This document shows positions 7,126 through 15,840 of a DNA stretch of 42,437 nucleotides, piece by piece (position 1 is the stretch's first letter; every line of letters begins with the position of its first letter). The stretch covers positions 1 through 42,437 of IMG/VR virus record IMGVR_UViG_3300031578_000122. One strand, given 5' to 3'. Source of the DNA: a virus. Below the pieces are notes generated by a model. It saw only the letters and a list, made by a program, of their open reading frames with translations. It had not been told where the DNA came from and did not search any database. The position numbers and the translations under genes are program-made.

Positions 7126-8524
7126 GTTTATCCAGTACATGAAACCGGGGCTGGCATATCGCGCTCAATGGTTTCATAAGGTTATCTGTGAGAAAATAGA
7201 TGCATTGATCCGTGGAGATTTTTACAGGTTGATGATCTTTACACCCCCGCAACACGGAAAATCTGAAATTGTATCCAGGATGCTCCCAGCCTTTCTCCTG
7301 GGTCTGGATCCTGATACCAAAATGACGGTGGCCTCCTATGCTCAATCCCTGGCCAGGCAATTTAACCGTGAAACTCAAAGAATAATTGACAGTGAACGTT
7401 ACCGGGCCATATTTCCAAGGAGCATACTTGCCGGCATGGACACTATTGATACAGACAGTTTCCGGTCAGTGACCAGGACGGCCAGTGCATTTGAAATGCA
7501 TGAGGCCTTAGGAGGGCTTGTGAGTGTAGGTGTGGGGTCAGGCCTTACAGGTAGGCCAGTGGACTTCGGGATAATAGATGACCCCGTAAAGGACGCTGAT
7601 CAGGCCTACAGTGAAGTTTACCGGGATAAAGTATGGGAGTGGTACACTCACGTCCTTAAAACCAGGCTACACAATGAGAGTAAAATTGCATTCACAATGA
7701 CCAGGTGGCATGATGATGACCTGGCCGGTAGAATAGAGAAGATTCAGGATGAAAGCGAAGAACGCTGGGAAACGATTATTTTCCCAGCTATAAAAGAAGG
7801 CCCCCCTAATCAACATGATCCTCGCTATGAGGGTGAGGCCCTATGGGAAGAACGACACTCAGCAAAGAGAATCCTGGCTGTGAAGAAAATTTCAGAAAAG
7901 GTATTCAATTCCCTGTATCAACAGGTCCCGGCCCCGAAGGAAGGGAACCGTATTAAGGAAAAATGGTTCGGGAGGTTTTTACTTAGTGACCTGGAACACC
8001 GGGCCTATGATCATGACAAGGAAATCATTTGGGATTTTACAATAGATGGAGCATATACTGACAAGGATATTAATGATCCTACTGCAATTCTGGCCTTCTG
8101 CAGGATCTTTAATTGCATGTATGTCCGGGAGGTGGCTGTGGTAAGGATGGAAATGCCTGATCTTTTACGTTTCATACCTGAATTTGTATATCGAAATGGA
8201 TATAAGGAAACTTCCCGTATATGGATTGAACCTAATGCCTCCGGCAGATCAGTGGCGCAGATGGTAAAGGCAAATACCAAATTAAATATTATAATTGATA
8301 AGGCCCCGGAGATAAGCAAGGAGGCCAGGGTAGAGAAGTGTTCCCCTTACATGGAATCGGGTAGGGTGTTCCTGCTTGAGGGAGGATCCTGGGTAAATGA
8401 CTATCTTTATGAATTAAAAATGTTTTCCAACACCAAGCACGACGACCAGGTGGATGTTACCACGATGGCCATTGACAAGGACTTTGACTTTTCATCTGAA
8501 ATATATGACATGGCTACTATTTAA
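7022..8524 (+). CDS. terL: Terminase large subunit
   Basis: Walker A-like TPPQHGKSE and Walker B FGIIDDP. MTRWHDDDLAGRI is present, and the C-terminal nuclease motif is KHDDQVDVTTMAI. The start is uncertain: 7022 or 7043 overlap terS, and the next ATG is at 7139. Confidence 0.9.
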   Translation: MNLKFYQMRTLEPSLKLVENWKAYERKIARKYLIEFIQYMKPGLAYRAQWFHKVICEKIDALIRGDFYRLMIFTPPQHGKSEIVSRMLPAFLLGLDPDTKMTVASYAQSLARQFNRETQRIIDSERYRAIFPRSILAGMDTIDTDSFRSVTRTASAFEMHEALGGLVSVGVGSGLTGRPVDFGIIDDPVKDADQAYSEVYRDKVWEWYTHVLKTRLHNESKIAFTMTRWHDDDLAGRIEKIQDESEERWETIIFPAIKEGPPNQHDPRYEGEALWEERHSAKRILAVKKISEKVFNSLYQQVPAPKEGNRIKEKWFGRFLLSDLEHRAYDHDKEIIWDFTIDGAYTDKDINDPTAILAFCRIFNCMYVREVAVVRMEMPDLLRFIPEFVYRNGYKETSRIWIEPNASGRSVAQMVKANTKLNIIIDKAPEISKEARVEKCSPYMESGRVFLLEGGSWVNDYLYELKMFSNTKHDDQVDVTTMAIDKDFDFSSEIYDMATI

Positions 8525-8548
8525 TAACTCTCATTAAATTAAACTATT

Positions 8549-9178
8549 ATGATTTTAAATGACCAAAAAAGGAAGGAACTCGGGGGGCATTTCAATATAC
8601 TCCTGGACACGTATGTTTCAAAGTACGGCAAGGCTAAAAAGGAAGTGGCCGAAAGGCTTAACTTCCATCCTATGTACATTTCCATGTCCCGGAATCAACT
8701 GCAATGGGCTAAGCTACCCCAGAGATTTTGGGAATTGTTGGATGAAATATGCGGGTCGGGTATGTCACTGGCTGAATATCTCAAGGATAAGCCACCGGCT
8801 AAAGACAACAGGATGGACGTAGGATATAAACGGCCAGAGAAAAAGGAAACTGATAAGGAACCGGAACCGGCTCCACCAGGTGAAGAATTAAAACCATTTG
8901 AGGCAGTCACAAGGGCTATAAAGGAAAATAAAATGGACGGGAATAAAGCTGAAGGTATTATAAAGATACTGGCCCCAATAGCCTACCCTAATAAGGCCAT
9001 GCTCACCAACCGTCAGCTGGAGGATTTATATAATAAACTCAATGGAGTGTCAAAGGAGGATATTGAAAGGCTCCTGGACACTGGATGTGTGCGTGTTCCT
9101 GAGATGAAACAGAGTGTAAAGATAGACCTGGAACTCAACCTGGTATTAAAACTTAATGGAAAGGAGATAACTGTATGA
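8549..9178 (+). CDS. Hypothetical protein (209 aa), N-terminal HTH-like segment
   Basis: The ORF follows terL. KKEVAERLNFHPMYISMSRN is HTH-like. The central linker is Pro/Glu/Lys-rich. Confidence 0.5.
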   Translation: MILNDQKRKELGGHFNILLDTYVSKYGKAKKEVAERLNFHPMYISMSRNQLQWAKLPQRFWELLDEICGSGMSLAEYLKDKPPAKDNRMDVGYKRPEKKETDKEPEPAPPGEELKPFEAVTRAIKENKMDGNKAEGIIKILAPIAYPNKAMLTNRQLEDLYNKLNGVSKEDIERLLDTGCVRVPEMKQSVKIDLELNLVLKLNGKEITV

Positions 9179-9429
9179 GCAAACTTGAACTCGATCCTGA
9201 ACAGATCTGTAAAGTGATGGAAAAATTACCTGCCTTGATTGACAAGCGGGTATTCCTCTCGAGGTATTACTTCGAGGTTTTAACTGACGTGGAATTCACA
9301 ACCCTATGGTATATGCCGGGGCTGGAGATCATGGTCAGTAAGCGTACCCGTATGTATATTGAACAGCGCAGGAGGGCCTTAGGCCTGGTAAAAACCAAGC
9401 ATAACAGGGACGTAATACTCAAGGCATGA
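9175..9429 (+). CDS. Hypothetical protein (84 aa)
   Basis: ATGA overlap with the upstream gene. Confidence 0.5.
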   Translation: MSKLELDPEQICKVMEKLPALIDKRVFLSRYYFEVLTDVEFTTLWYMPGLEIMVSKRTRMYIEQRRRALGLVKTKHNRDVILKA

Positions 9430-9704
9430 AATATTATTCCAAGATACCCCGGTCAGAAAGGCTATGGATTGACTGGATTGCCAGCAGTATCAACCGCATA
9501 ATCTTTTGGGTGGCCCGGAGAATAGCCCTCAGTGAAAGTAAGGCTCACGGTGGGATGAGATATTATGTACTGGACGTATTTGACTCATACATGATCGTTT
9601 CCTCGAGGGAGAAACGGGATATCGACATGAAGATGCCCAAGGGGAAGAAGATGAATTTTGCTGAATTGATGAGGTCCCAGGTGTATATTACCCCTCACAC
9701 GTAA
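9426..9704 (+). CDS. Hypothetical protein (92 aa)
   Basis: ATGA overlap with the upstream gene. Confidence 0.5.
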   Translation: MKYYSKIPRSERLWIDWIASSINRIIFWVARRIALSESKAHGGMRYYVLDVFDSYMIVSSREKRDIDMKMPKGKKMNFAELMRSQVYITPHT

Positions 9705-9769
9705 AAAATTTACATAAGGATATTGAGCATTATTGCGTAAATTGTTCACATTATTAATAAATCAAAATC

Positions 9770-10186
9770 ATGACAAACGAATCAACAAGCCCCGAGGAAA
9801 AGATTTTAACAGCCCTGGAATCAGCCCAGGCCTTACTTGATAAGGGAGCATTCGCTAAGGCTGAAAAGCTAATAAAGGATCTGGATCCGGATGTAGAGGA
9901 AGTTCAGAAGATGAAAGTTCTCATTCACCAGGCCAGGTCGGAAAAGAGGGCAAAGGCGAAGAAAATTGAAAAGCCCCAAAAGAAAAAGGTCAAGGCCTCC
10001 GCTCCCAGGACAGTAACCCATGAATCCATACTTGAAAGTTTTGAGAAGCTGGATGCTGATCTGTCTGTACTGGAATCAAGGCAGAGGAATATTCAGAAAC
10101 CTTTCCGTCATGTTTTTTTCACCCGACGGAGGCTTGAGGTTATCGCATTAAATTTCAAAAAGGCAACAATGAGGCGAGTCCGATGA
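9770..10186 (+). CDS. Hypothetical basic/coiled-coil protein (138 aa)
   Basis: ORF after a 65-nt AT-rich spacer. It contains a Lys-rich stretch (KRAKAKKIEKPQKKKVK). Confidence 0.5.
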   Translation: MTNESTSPEEKILTALESAQALLDKGAFAKAEKLIKDLDPDVEEVQKMKVLIHQARSEKRAKAKKIEKPQKKKVKASAPRTVTHESILESFEKLDADLSVLESRQRNIQKPFRHVFFTRRRLEVIALNFKKATMRRVR

Positions 10187-11004
10187 TTATAATTACCATT
10201 GACAGCAAGCCTTACCATGCAGTGTACCGGTGGGAGGATCTGTCCCTGGGAAAATTCATCGAACTCTCACGTATAGAAATGCCGGAGAAATTGAAGGCCT
10301 TGTACGTTACAAGCGCCTCGATGAATACACCTGATGCCAGGGACAAAAAAAAGGCCAGGGAGGGCTATAAAATAGCCTCAGAGGCCATCCTTCCGGCAGA
10401 CCTGCGTAAGCATTTCCCTGAATATTATGGTAAGGTTATAGGGCTATTGTCAGATATCCCTAAAGAAGTGATTGACATAATGGATGCTGAATTGAGGGCT
10501 ACCCTGTATGATAATTATTTCAAAGGCTTTGTAATGTCCCTGGTATATAATTCGCCGGTGGATATCCTGGGAGGTAAAATCATTGAGTATAATCCTCCGG
10601 AGGTTACCAGTTTTGAAATAGGTGGAGAGGAATTCTTTTTCCCTGAATCATTAAAGATAGGAGGTGACCTGGTACCTATGGCCCATGAATCCATCCTGTC
10701 ATTTTCAGAGGCCTCAGAAATTGACCTGGCCATACAAGATTTAATGGATGAGGGGGTAAGTAAGTTCCCGCTATTCATGGCCGTGTATTGCAGGAAAAAA
10801 AATGAACAATACAGTGAGGGAATGGTTTTGGAACGTGAGCCTTTATTTAACAATGTGACAATGGATATAGCCTGGTCGCTTTTTTTTTACACAGGAAAAC
10901 TTATAACCGCCTTATCTCGCAGTTTAGCATTATTTTCAAGGGAGGCAGTTCGTCAAGTAATAAGAGGTCAAGTGGACTTATTAACTTCGGGATCCGGGGG
11001 CTGA
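10183..11004 (+). CDS. Hypothetical virion-module protein (273 aa)
   Basis: ATGA overlap with the upstream gene. See the finding on the stop-free -1 frame that continues past its stop. Confidence 0.55.
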   Translation: MIIITIDSKPYHAVYRWEDLSLGKFIELSRIEMPEKLKALYVTSASMNTPDARDKKKAREGYKIASEAILPADLRKHFPEYYGKVIGLLSDIPKEVIDIMDAELRATLYDNYFKGFVMSLVYNSPVDILGGKIIEYNPPEVTSFEIGGEEFFFPESLKIGGDLVPMAHESILSFSEASEIDLAIQDLMDEGVSKFPLFMAVYCRKKNEQYSEGMVLEREPLFNNVTMDIAWSLFFYTGKLITALSRSLALFSREAVRQVIRGQVDLLTSGSGG

Positions 11005-11067
11005 TATATGAGGTTGCCCAGGAGGGGGCCTATGGTCCTATCCCTGAGGTAGAGGCTGTAAAGCTAT

Positions 11068-11283
11068 ATGATTTTTTTAACTACCTGGCTTATGAACGGA
11101 CACAAAAGCAAAGCGTTGAAAACCTATACCGAAGCGGATCTCTTAAAAGAAAAGGTTAAGTTACTGGATCTTATTCTTGGGGGCCTATGCTCCAAGGAAT
11201 TAAACCAGGACGGCAGGGACTTCGTAAACAGGCTTAAGTACAGATTTAACAAAACCCTGGAAAATGAATTTAACAACCCTTAA
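11068..11283 (+). CDS. Hypothetical protein (71 aa)
   Basis: ATG ORF. Its first 90 nt are also open in another frame (see finding), so the start is uncertain. Confidence 0.4.
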   Translation: MIFLTTWLMNGHKSKALKTYTEADLLKEKVKLLDLILGGLCSKELNQDGRDFVNRLKYRFNKTLENEFNNP

Positions 11284-11674
11284 GGCGAGGCTGGAAGTAG
11301 TCACCGGCACAGATATTCAAAAAGTAACTTTTGATTTTGAGGATGCCCTGAACCGGGATCTCGATAAAGAGTATCCTATGGTATTTTGGGATATTGATAA
11401 TTCCGCATTCACAAAGAACATAAGTGATGGAAAGGAAACTTTTGTGGCCAACGTCTTTATAGTAGGGCCGTTTGATCATGACGCTGATGATAAGTTCACC
11501 AGGTGGGATGAATTGATTGATGACCTCGAGGCTTACCTGGTGGTAGTCTCAAACCTTGCAGATATCTCCCTGGGATCCCTGAACGTGGAAAAGGAACTTT
11601 ACCCTGCGGGGATACTCTCGGTGGATGACGAGATAGGGGTACGTTATCGAGTAACCTGGAAATTATGGTGCTGA
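11264..11674 (+). CDS. Hypothetical protein, possible head-tail joining component
   Basis: 136 aa, assigned only by its position among small virion-module genes. No motif recognised. Confidence 0.4.
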   Translation: MNLTTLKARLEVVTGTDIQKVTFDFEDALNRDLDKEYPMVFWDIDNSAFTKNISDGKETFVANVFIVGPFDHDADDKFTRWDELIDDLEAYLVVVSNLADISLGSLNVEKELYPAGILSVDDEIGVRYRVTWKLWC

Positions 11675-12210
11675 CCAAGGAAGAAATATTAGAACCCCTG
11701 GAGATCCTACTTCGTGATGAATTACGTAAGGAATGGGTTGCCCAGGGTCACAGTATGGGAGGTAAGGCCATCGAGGAAATTGATTTTGTGTCAAAAGCTA
11801 CAGCTGACACATTCTCCCTGGAAGTCTGGCTACCTAACTATGGTTACTTCCTGGATAAGGGCGTGAAGGCAGAGCAAATACCATTCTCAGGCCGTTCTGG
11901 ACATGGAGGGAAGTCGGCATATATTCAGGGCCTTATTCGATATGTACAAAAGAGGATGGGAATTCAGGAACTATCTGAGGCAAAGAGCGTGGCCTTTGCC
12001 ATAGCCCATACTCATAAGCGCGAGGGTATGCCCTCTATCGGATCTGAACGTTTCTCAAAAACAGGGGAGCGGACCAGGTGGTTCACCAACATCACTGAGC
12101 GCAAGGAGTCACTGATCAGGCAGACTATCTACCGGCTGGTGGAGTTAGTCTTAATGAAAAATTGGGATAAGATGTTAAATAAGTATATTCAACTTTATAA
12201 ATCTGTTTGA
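11665..12210 (+). CDS. Hypothetical protein, possible head-tail joining/tail completion component
   Basis: 181 aa, overlaps the upstream gene by 10 nt. Function inferred from position only. Confidence 0.4.
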   Translation: MVLTKEEILEPLEILLRDELRKEWVAQGHSMGGKAIEEIDFVSKATADTFSLEVWLPNYGYFLDKGVKAEQIPFSGRSGHGGKSAYIQGLIRYVQKRMGIQELSEAKSVAFAIAHTHKREGMPSIGSERFSKTGERTRWFTNITERKESLIRQTIYRLVELVLMKNWDKMLNKYIQLYKSV

Positions 12211-12211
12211 T

Positions 12212-13744
12212 ATGGCACTCACCAGAAACACCAGTCCAGAGGTATTCGATAACAGCGGTAAGTTCAATGTAACAACCTCACTTACTGAGGGGGCCAGCTA
12301 CCAGAACTTACGGATCCGTGCTGACCTTTATTATAAGGGTGTGGTTCTGGCTACAATAGAGCAACCTAAAGGCCTCGACGATTGGGACTTCGGTGGTATT
12401 CTACGTAGGCTATGTTCCCATTGGAGACCACCCTTAAATTCTACTTCAGTATCATTATTGCCAAAGATAAACAGCTACACCAATAAGATAACCGGCTGGA
12501 CAAATGACGGTGTGGACCCCTTCAGCGTGCATACTACCGTAGGGGCAAGATTTACACAACTGGAAAAGACTCCTGCCGGGGCTGCAAAGACGGCCTCAAA
12601 TAATATCTCAGTAGTTGCCGGCAGATATTATGCCTTTTGCATTTATGACTATGATCTTACCTCCGGAGAGCATCTTACTGTAACATTCGATGACGGGACG
12701 GCAAGCGGGTGGGATAATAATGTCATAGTATTGAATGCTGAATATGGTATTTACTTATTCATGTGTCGTACCACAACAGCCACCGGGAAGATTTACCTGG
12801 AAAACCAGGCCGGTGATACAGTGGTTATTAATGAGGTACGCTGCTATTGCCTTGAGATAGATCCGGAAACTGATGACTATTTCGGGTTCAGCGCTCCCTA
12901 TACAGTTCAATTTACTGAGGTTTATGAAGATGTCTCAGACGTAACCACTGAGGGGGCTACTGAGGATACTGAGGTATTCAGTTTTTTTAATGTCAGGGGG
13001 GTATTAGATGACTATGTATGTGACGGGACAGCTAAGAAGTTACTTATATCTGCCCTTGATGATGAATGGCCATACTTTGGAGGAAACAGGGATATCACTA
13101 TTGATGCAGAATTACATATCATCGGTATAACAAAGAAGTATTACCAGGGACTTGCCTATGAAACCAGTGGGAATCCCGGGGTATGGGCTCACGGGGACTA
13201 TGCATACCCAGCCTTGGGGTACTTTGCAGTAATACTACATAGGGGGCACGGGGCATTTGCAGCTACCCCTTTAGTTTCCTATGCTCATATAAGGATGTAC
13301 GATGAGGACGGGTACTTAGGGGGTAATGCCATAACCAGGGAATATTATATACCCACAGTCTCAAGGATAGTTGACACAAGCAAACACCTTCACCTATGCT
13401 GGAATAACTACATTGGCGGTATTCAACAATGGACATTCCTGGCTGGATTTGATGAGTCAAAGTTCGGGGTTAGGGATCTATATAAAGATAATGAGGGTAG
13501 AAATAAGGTGTTCAGTTCAGTGAGGGGAACGAGGCAAATACTACATTCCCATTATATCAGTGATGCCCAGGCTAAAGCCCTTGCTGAGTGTGTGGCCAGT
13601 GAGGATGCATACCTGGTTGATGATACCAATGCAGAACGGAATGAAGTTTTTATTGTTCCGGATAGCCTGGTGGCCGTAAAAAACGGGGATCTCTCATCTA
13701 TATCCATTGAGATAGAAATTATTCACCCGGAAGATTGGTCATGA
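12212..13744 (+). CDS. Large virion structural protein (510 aa), function unassigned
   Basis: Long ORF in the structural block. No enzymatic motif seen. Confidence 0.55.
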   Translation: MALTRNTSPEVFDNSGKFNVTTSLTEGASYQNLRIRADLYYKGVVLATIEQPKGLDDWDFGGILRRLCSHWRPPLNSTSVSLLPKINSYTNKITGWTNDGVDPFSVHTTVGARFTQLEKTPAGAAKTASNNISVVAGRYYAFCIYDYDLTSGEHLTVTFDDGTASGWDNNVIVLNAEYGIYLFMCRTTTATGKIYLENQAGDTVVINEVRCYCLEIDPETDDYFGFSAPYTVQFTEVYEDVSDVTTEGATEDTEVFSFFNVRGVLDDYVCDGTAKKLLISALDDEWPYFGGNRDITIDAELHIIGITKKYYQGLAYETSGNPGVWAHGDYAYPALGYFAVILHRGHGAFAATPLVSYAHIRMYDEDGYLGGNAITREYYIPTVSRIVDTSKHLHLCWNNYIGGIQQWTFLAGFDESKFGVRDLYKDNEGRNKVFSSVRGTRQILHSHYISDAQAKALAECVASEDAYLVDDTNAERNEVFIVPDSLVAVKNGDLSSISIEIEIIHPEDWS

Positions 13745-15837
13745 ATGCCAAGCTTTACATAGGAACTGACCTTATCGACCTGGGATCCCAGGAGATAAAT
13801 GTAATGTTTCAAGTCGTAGATTATAAGAATATCTTTGAATTTAGTCAGAGAAACAGGTCTTATACCATAGGCATACGCATGACCTCTGGTAATGAAAAGA
13901 TATTTAATTTCCTAAATACCCCCTCTGTACTTACTGAAAAGGCCGGGGATGCACGCTTGTATGTCAATAACCTTGAAATAATACGGGGTGCAATAAAAGT
14001 CCTGTCTATAAATCGGATTGAGATTAAGATAATAATTACCGGGGATAACTTTCTTGAATCACTTCGGGGTAAGTCTATCCGGGAACTTGATCTTTCAGCA
14101 AGTGATCACGCTTTCACCAAGGCAAATGTACTGGCCTCATGGTCTGGATCATATAATGTTTACAGATATCCTATGATAAATTTTGCCATGTTGATGTCCG
14201 GGGAAACCGGTTATACGGCAAGCTGGTTACCGAATGATTTTATTCCATTTTTTAGGGTACAGGATATCATGGAATTAATATTCAGTCAGTTTGGTATAGG
14301 TACTTCAGGAGCCTTTACCAGCCACCTCGATGACACTTCATATTATAAGAATATGTATATCTCCGGGGCTGAGGCCAGGGCAGATGAGGCCTTTATCAAA
14401 GGTAAGAACCTTGATGTTCTACCAGCCTTGGACACAGAAAATCAATCGCAAACGGTAATAGCTGATACAGACACCTCCCCTGCGGTACTACTTGCAGACC
14501 CCGTTAGTTTTAATACTGAAACTGAGGATGAAGGGAATGACTTTGCCTCAGATGTTTATACTGTCCCGGAGGAGGGGACATACCGGTTTCTGGCCAGGGT
14601 ACAGATCCGCATCGATGGACAGTTCCAGGGCCTCACCAGGACAGATGCCTATTATGAATTGAAGATACGGCATTATGACGGGGCCACAACCGTAACCCTG
14701 GCAGAAACAACTGACACCGGTGTTGCCCTGGATCTCGATGCAAGGGTCGTTGACGTGGACTCTGGATGGGTACACCTCGAGGCCGGGGATACAATTCATA
14801 TCCGGTACCATGCCTGGGAGGAACTGACAAATAATACCGGCAGTTCAAAGACTGTAACTCATTACCTTCAAGCCACAACCTCGTATTTAAAAAATGACTG
14901 GTCATCGAATAACCTTTACACCGGCTTGAATAAACAGGTAGTGGTTGCTGAGGTTCTTCCGGATATAGATCAACTGGATTTTGTTAAGGGGGTTATTCAC
15001 CTGGTTAATGGTAGGTTATTTCATGACCACCGGAGGCGAGTTACCGTATTTGAGGATGGAGACACCTTCATAAAAGGCTTTGGCACTGTATCAAATGCTG
15101 AAAGGATAATTGATATAACTAACTGGATTGATTATACTGAGCCTATTGAACAGGATCCAGTGATGAAAAACTACGCCAATAACCTTGCAATACAATGGAA
15201 GGAAGATACGGGAGACTACGCTTACACCAGCTATAAAAATATTAACGGTATTCCGCACAGGAAGGACATTGATTTTGAGAGCAGCTATGCAAAACAGGAG
15301 GCCAATGTAATATATAATCCAGTGTTCGCATCCACCGTTGAAGGGCAGAAACAGGATATGTCCCTATACACTGTAAACATACCCCGGATATTCGGTAATG
15401 AAAAACTCGATGAGACTCATGGCGTACCCCTGCGCAGGCCAATAGGTTTTATGCCCAGGCTTGTTTACTGGAATGGATTGACAGCCGGGTTCACCTGGTA
15501 TTATGACGGGGATACAAAAACCACTTACCCCAAGGTACACTGTCCGGATTGGAGTACATCACCTAACCCGTATTTTACATACTACATGGACACTATCAGA
15601 TATCTTCAATATGGGAAGATCTTGACCCTGGTAATGTTACCCCCTCCTGAATTTATGTCACAGTTCCTGGGCGTAGTGAATACCGAGGGTGAGTCAAGTG
15701 TAACCGATGCCAGTGAAAAGGAGGCTTTCAGGGCTATCTACCAGGCAAAGATTGAAGGGGTGTATGTTCAGATGTTCCTCAATAGGATTATCTTTGACGG
15801 TGTCAGGGCGCAGTGTGAATTCTTGATAAAACATTAA
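13741..15837 (+). CDS. Large virion structural protein (698 aa), possibly tail tip/baseplate
   Basis: The ATG at 13741 overlaps the upstream stop (ATGA). The track uses a TTG at 13735. Size and adjacency to the tape-measure gene suggest a tail component. Confidence 0.55.
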   Translation: MNAKLYIGTDLIDLGSQEINVMFQVVDYKNIFEFSQRNRSYTIGIRMTSGNEKIFNFLNTPSVLTEKAGDARLYVNNLEIIRGAIKVLSINRIEIKIIITGDNFLESLRGKSIRELDLSASDHAFTKANVLASWSGSYNVYRYPMINFAMLMSGETGYTASWLPNDFIPFFRVQDIMELIFSQFGIGTSGAFTSHLDDTSYYKNMYISGAEARADEAFIKGKNLDVLPALDTENQSQTVIADTDTSPAVLLADPVSFNTETEDEGNDFASDVYTVPEEGTYRFLARVQIRIDGQFQGLTRTDAYYELKIRHYDGATTVTLAETTDTGVALDLDARVVDVDSGWVHLEAGDTIHIRYHAWEELTNNTGSSKTVTHYLQATTSYLKNDWSSNNLYTGLNKQVVVAEVLPDIDQLDFVKGVIHLVNGRLFHDHRRRVTVFEDGDTFIKGFGTVSNAERIIDITNWIDYTEPIEQDPVMKNYANNLAIQWKEDTGDYAYTSYKNINGIPHRKDIDFESSYAKQEANVIYNPVFASTVEGQKQDMSLYTVNIPRIFGNEKLDETHGVPLRRPIGFMPRLVYWNGLTAGFTWYYDGDTKTTYPKVHCPDWSTSPNPYFTYYMDTIRYLQYGKILTLVMLPPPEFMSQFLGVVNTEGESSVTDASEKEAFRAIYQAKIEGVYVQMFLNRIIFDGVRAQCEFLIKH

Positions 15838-15840
15838 ACT

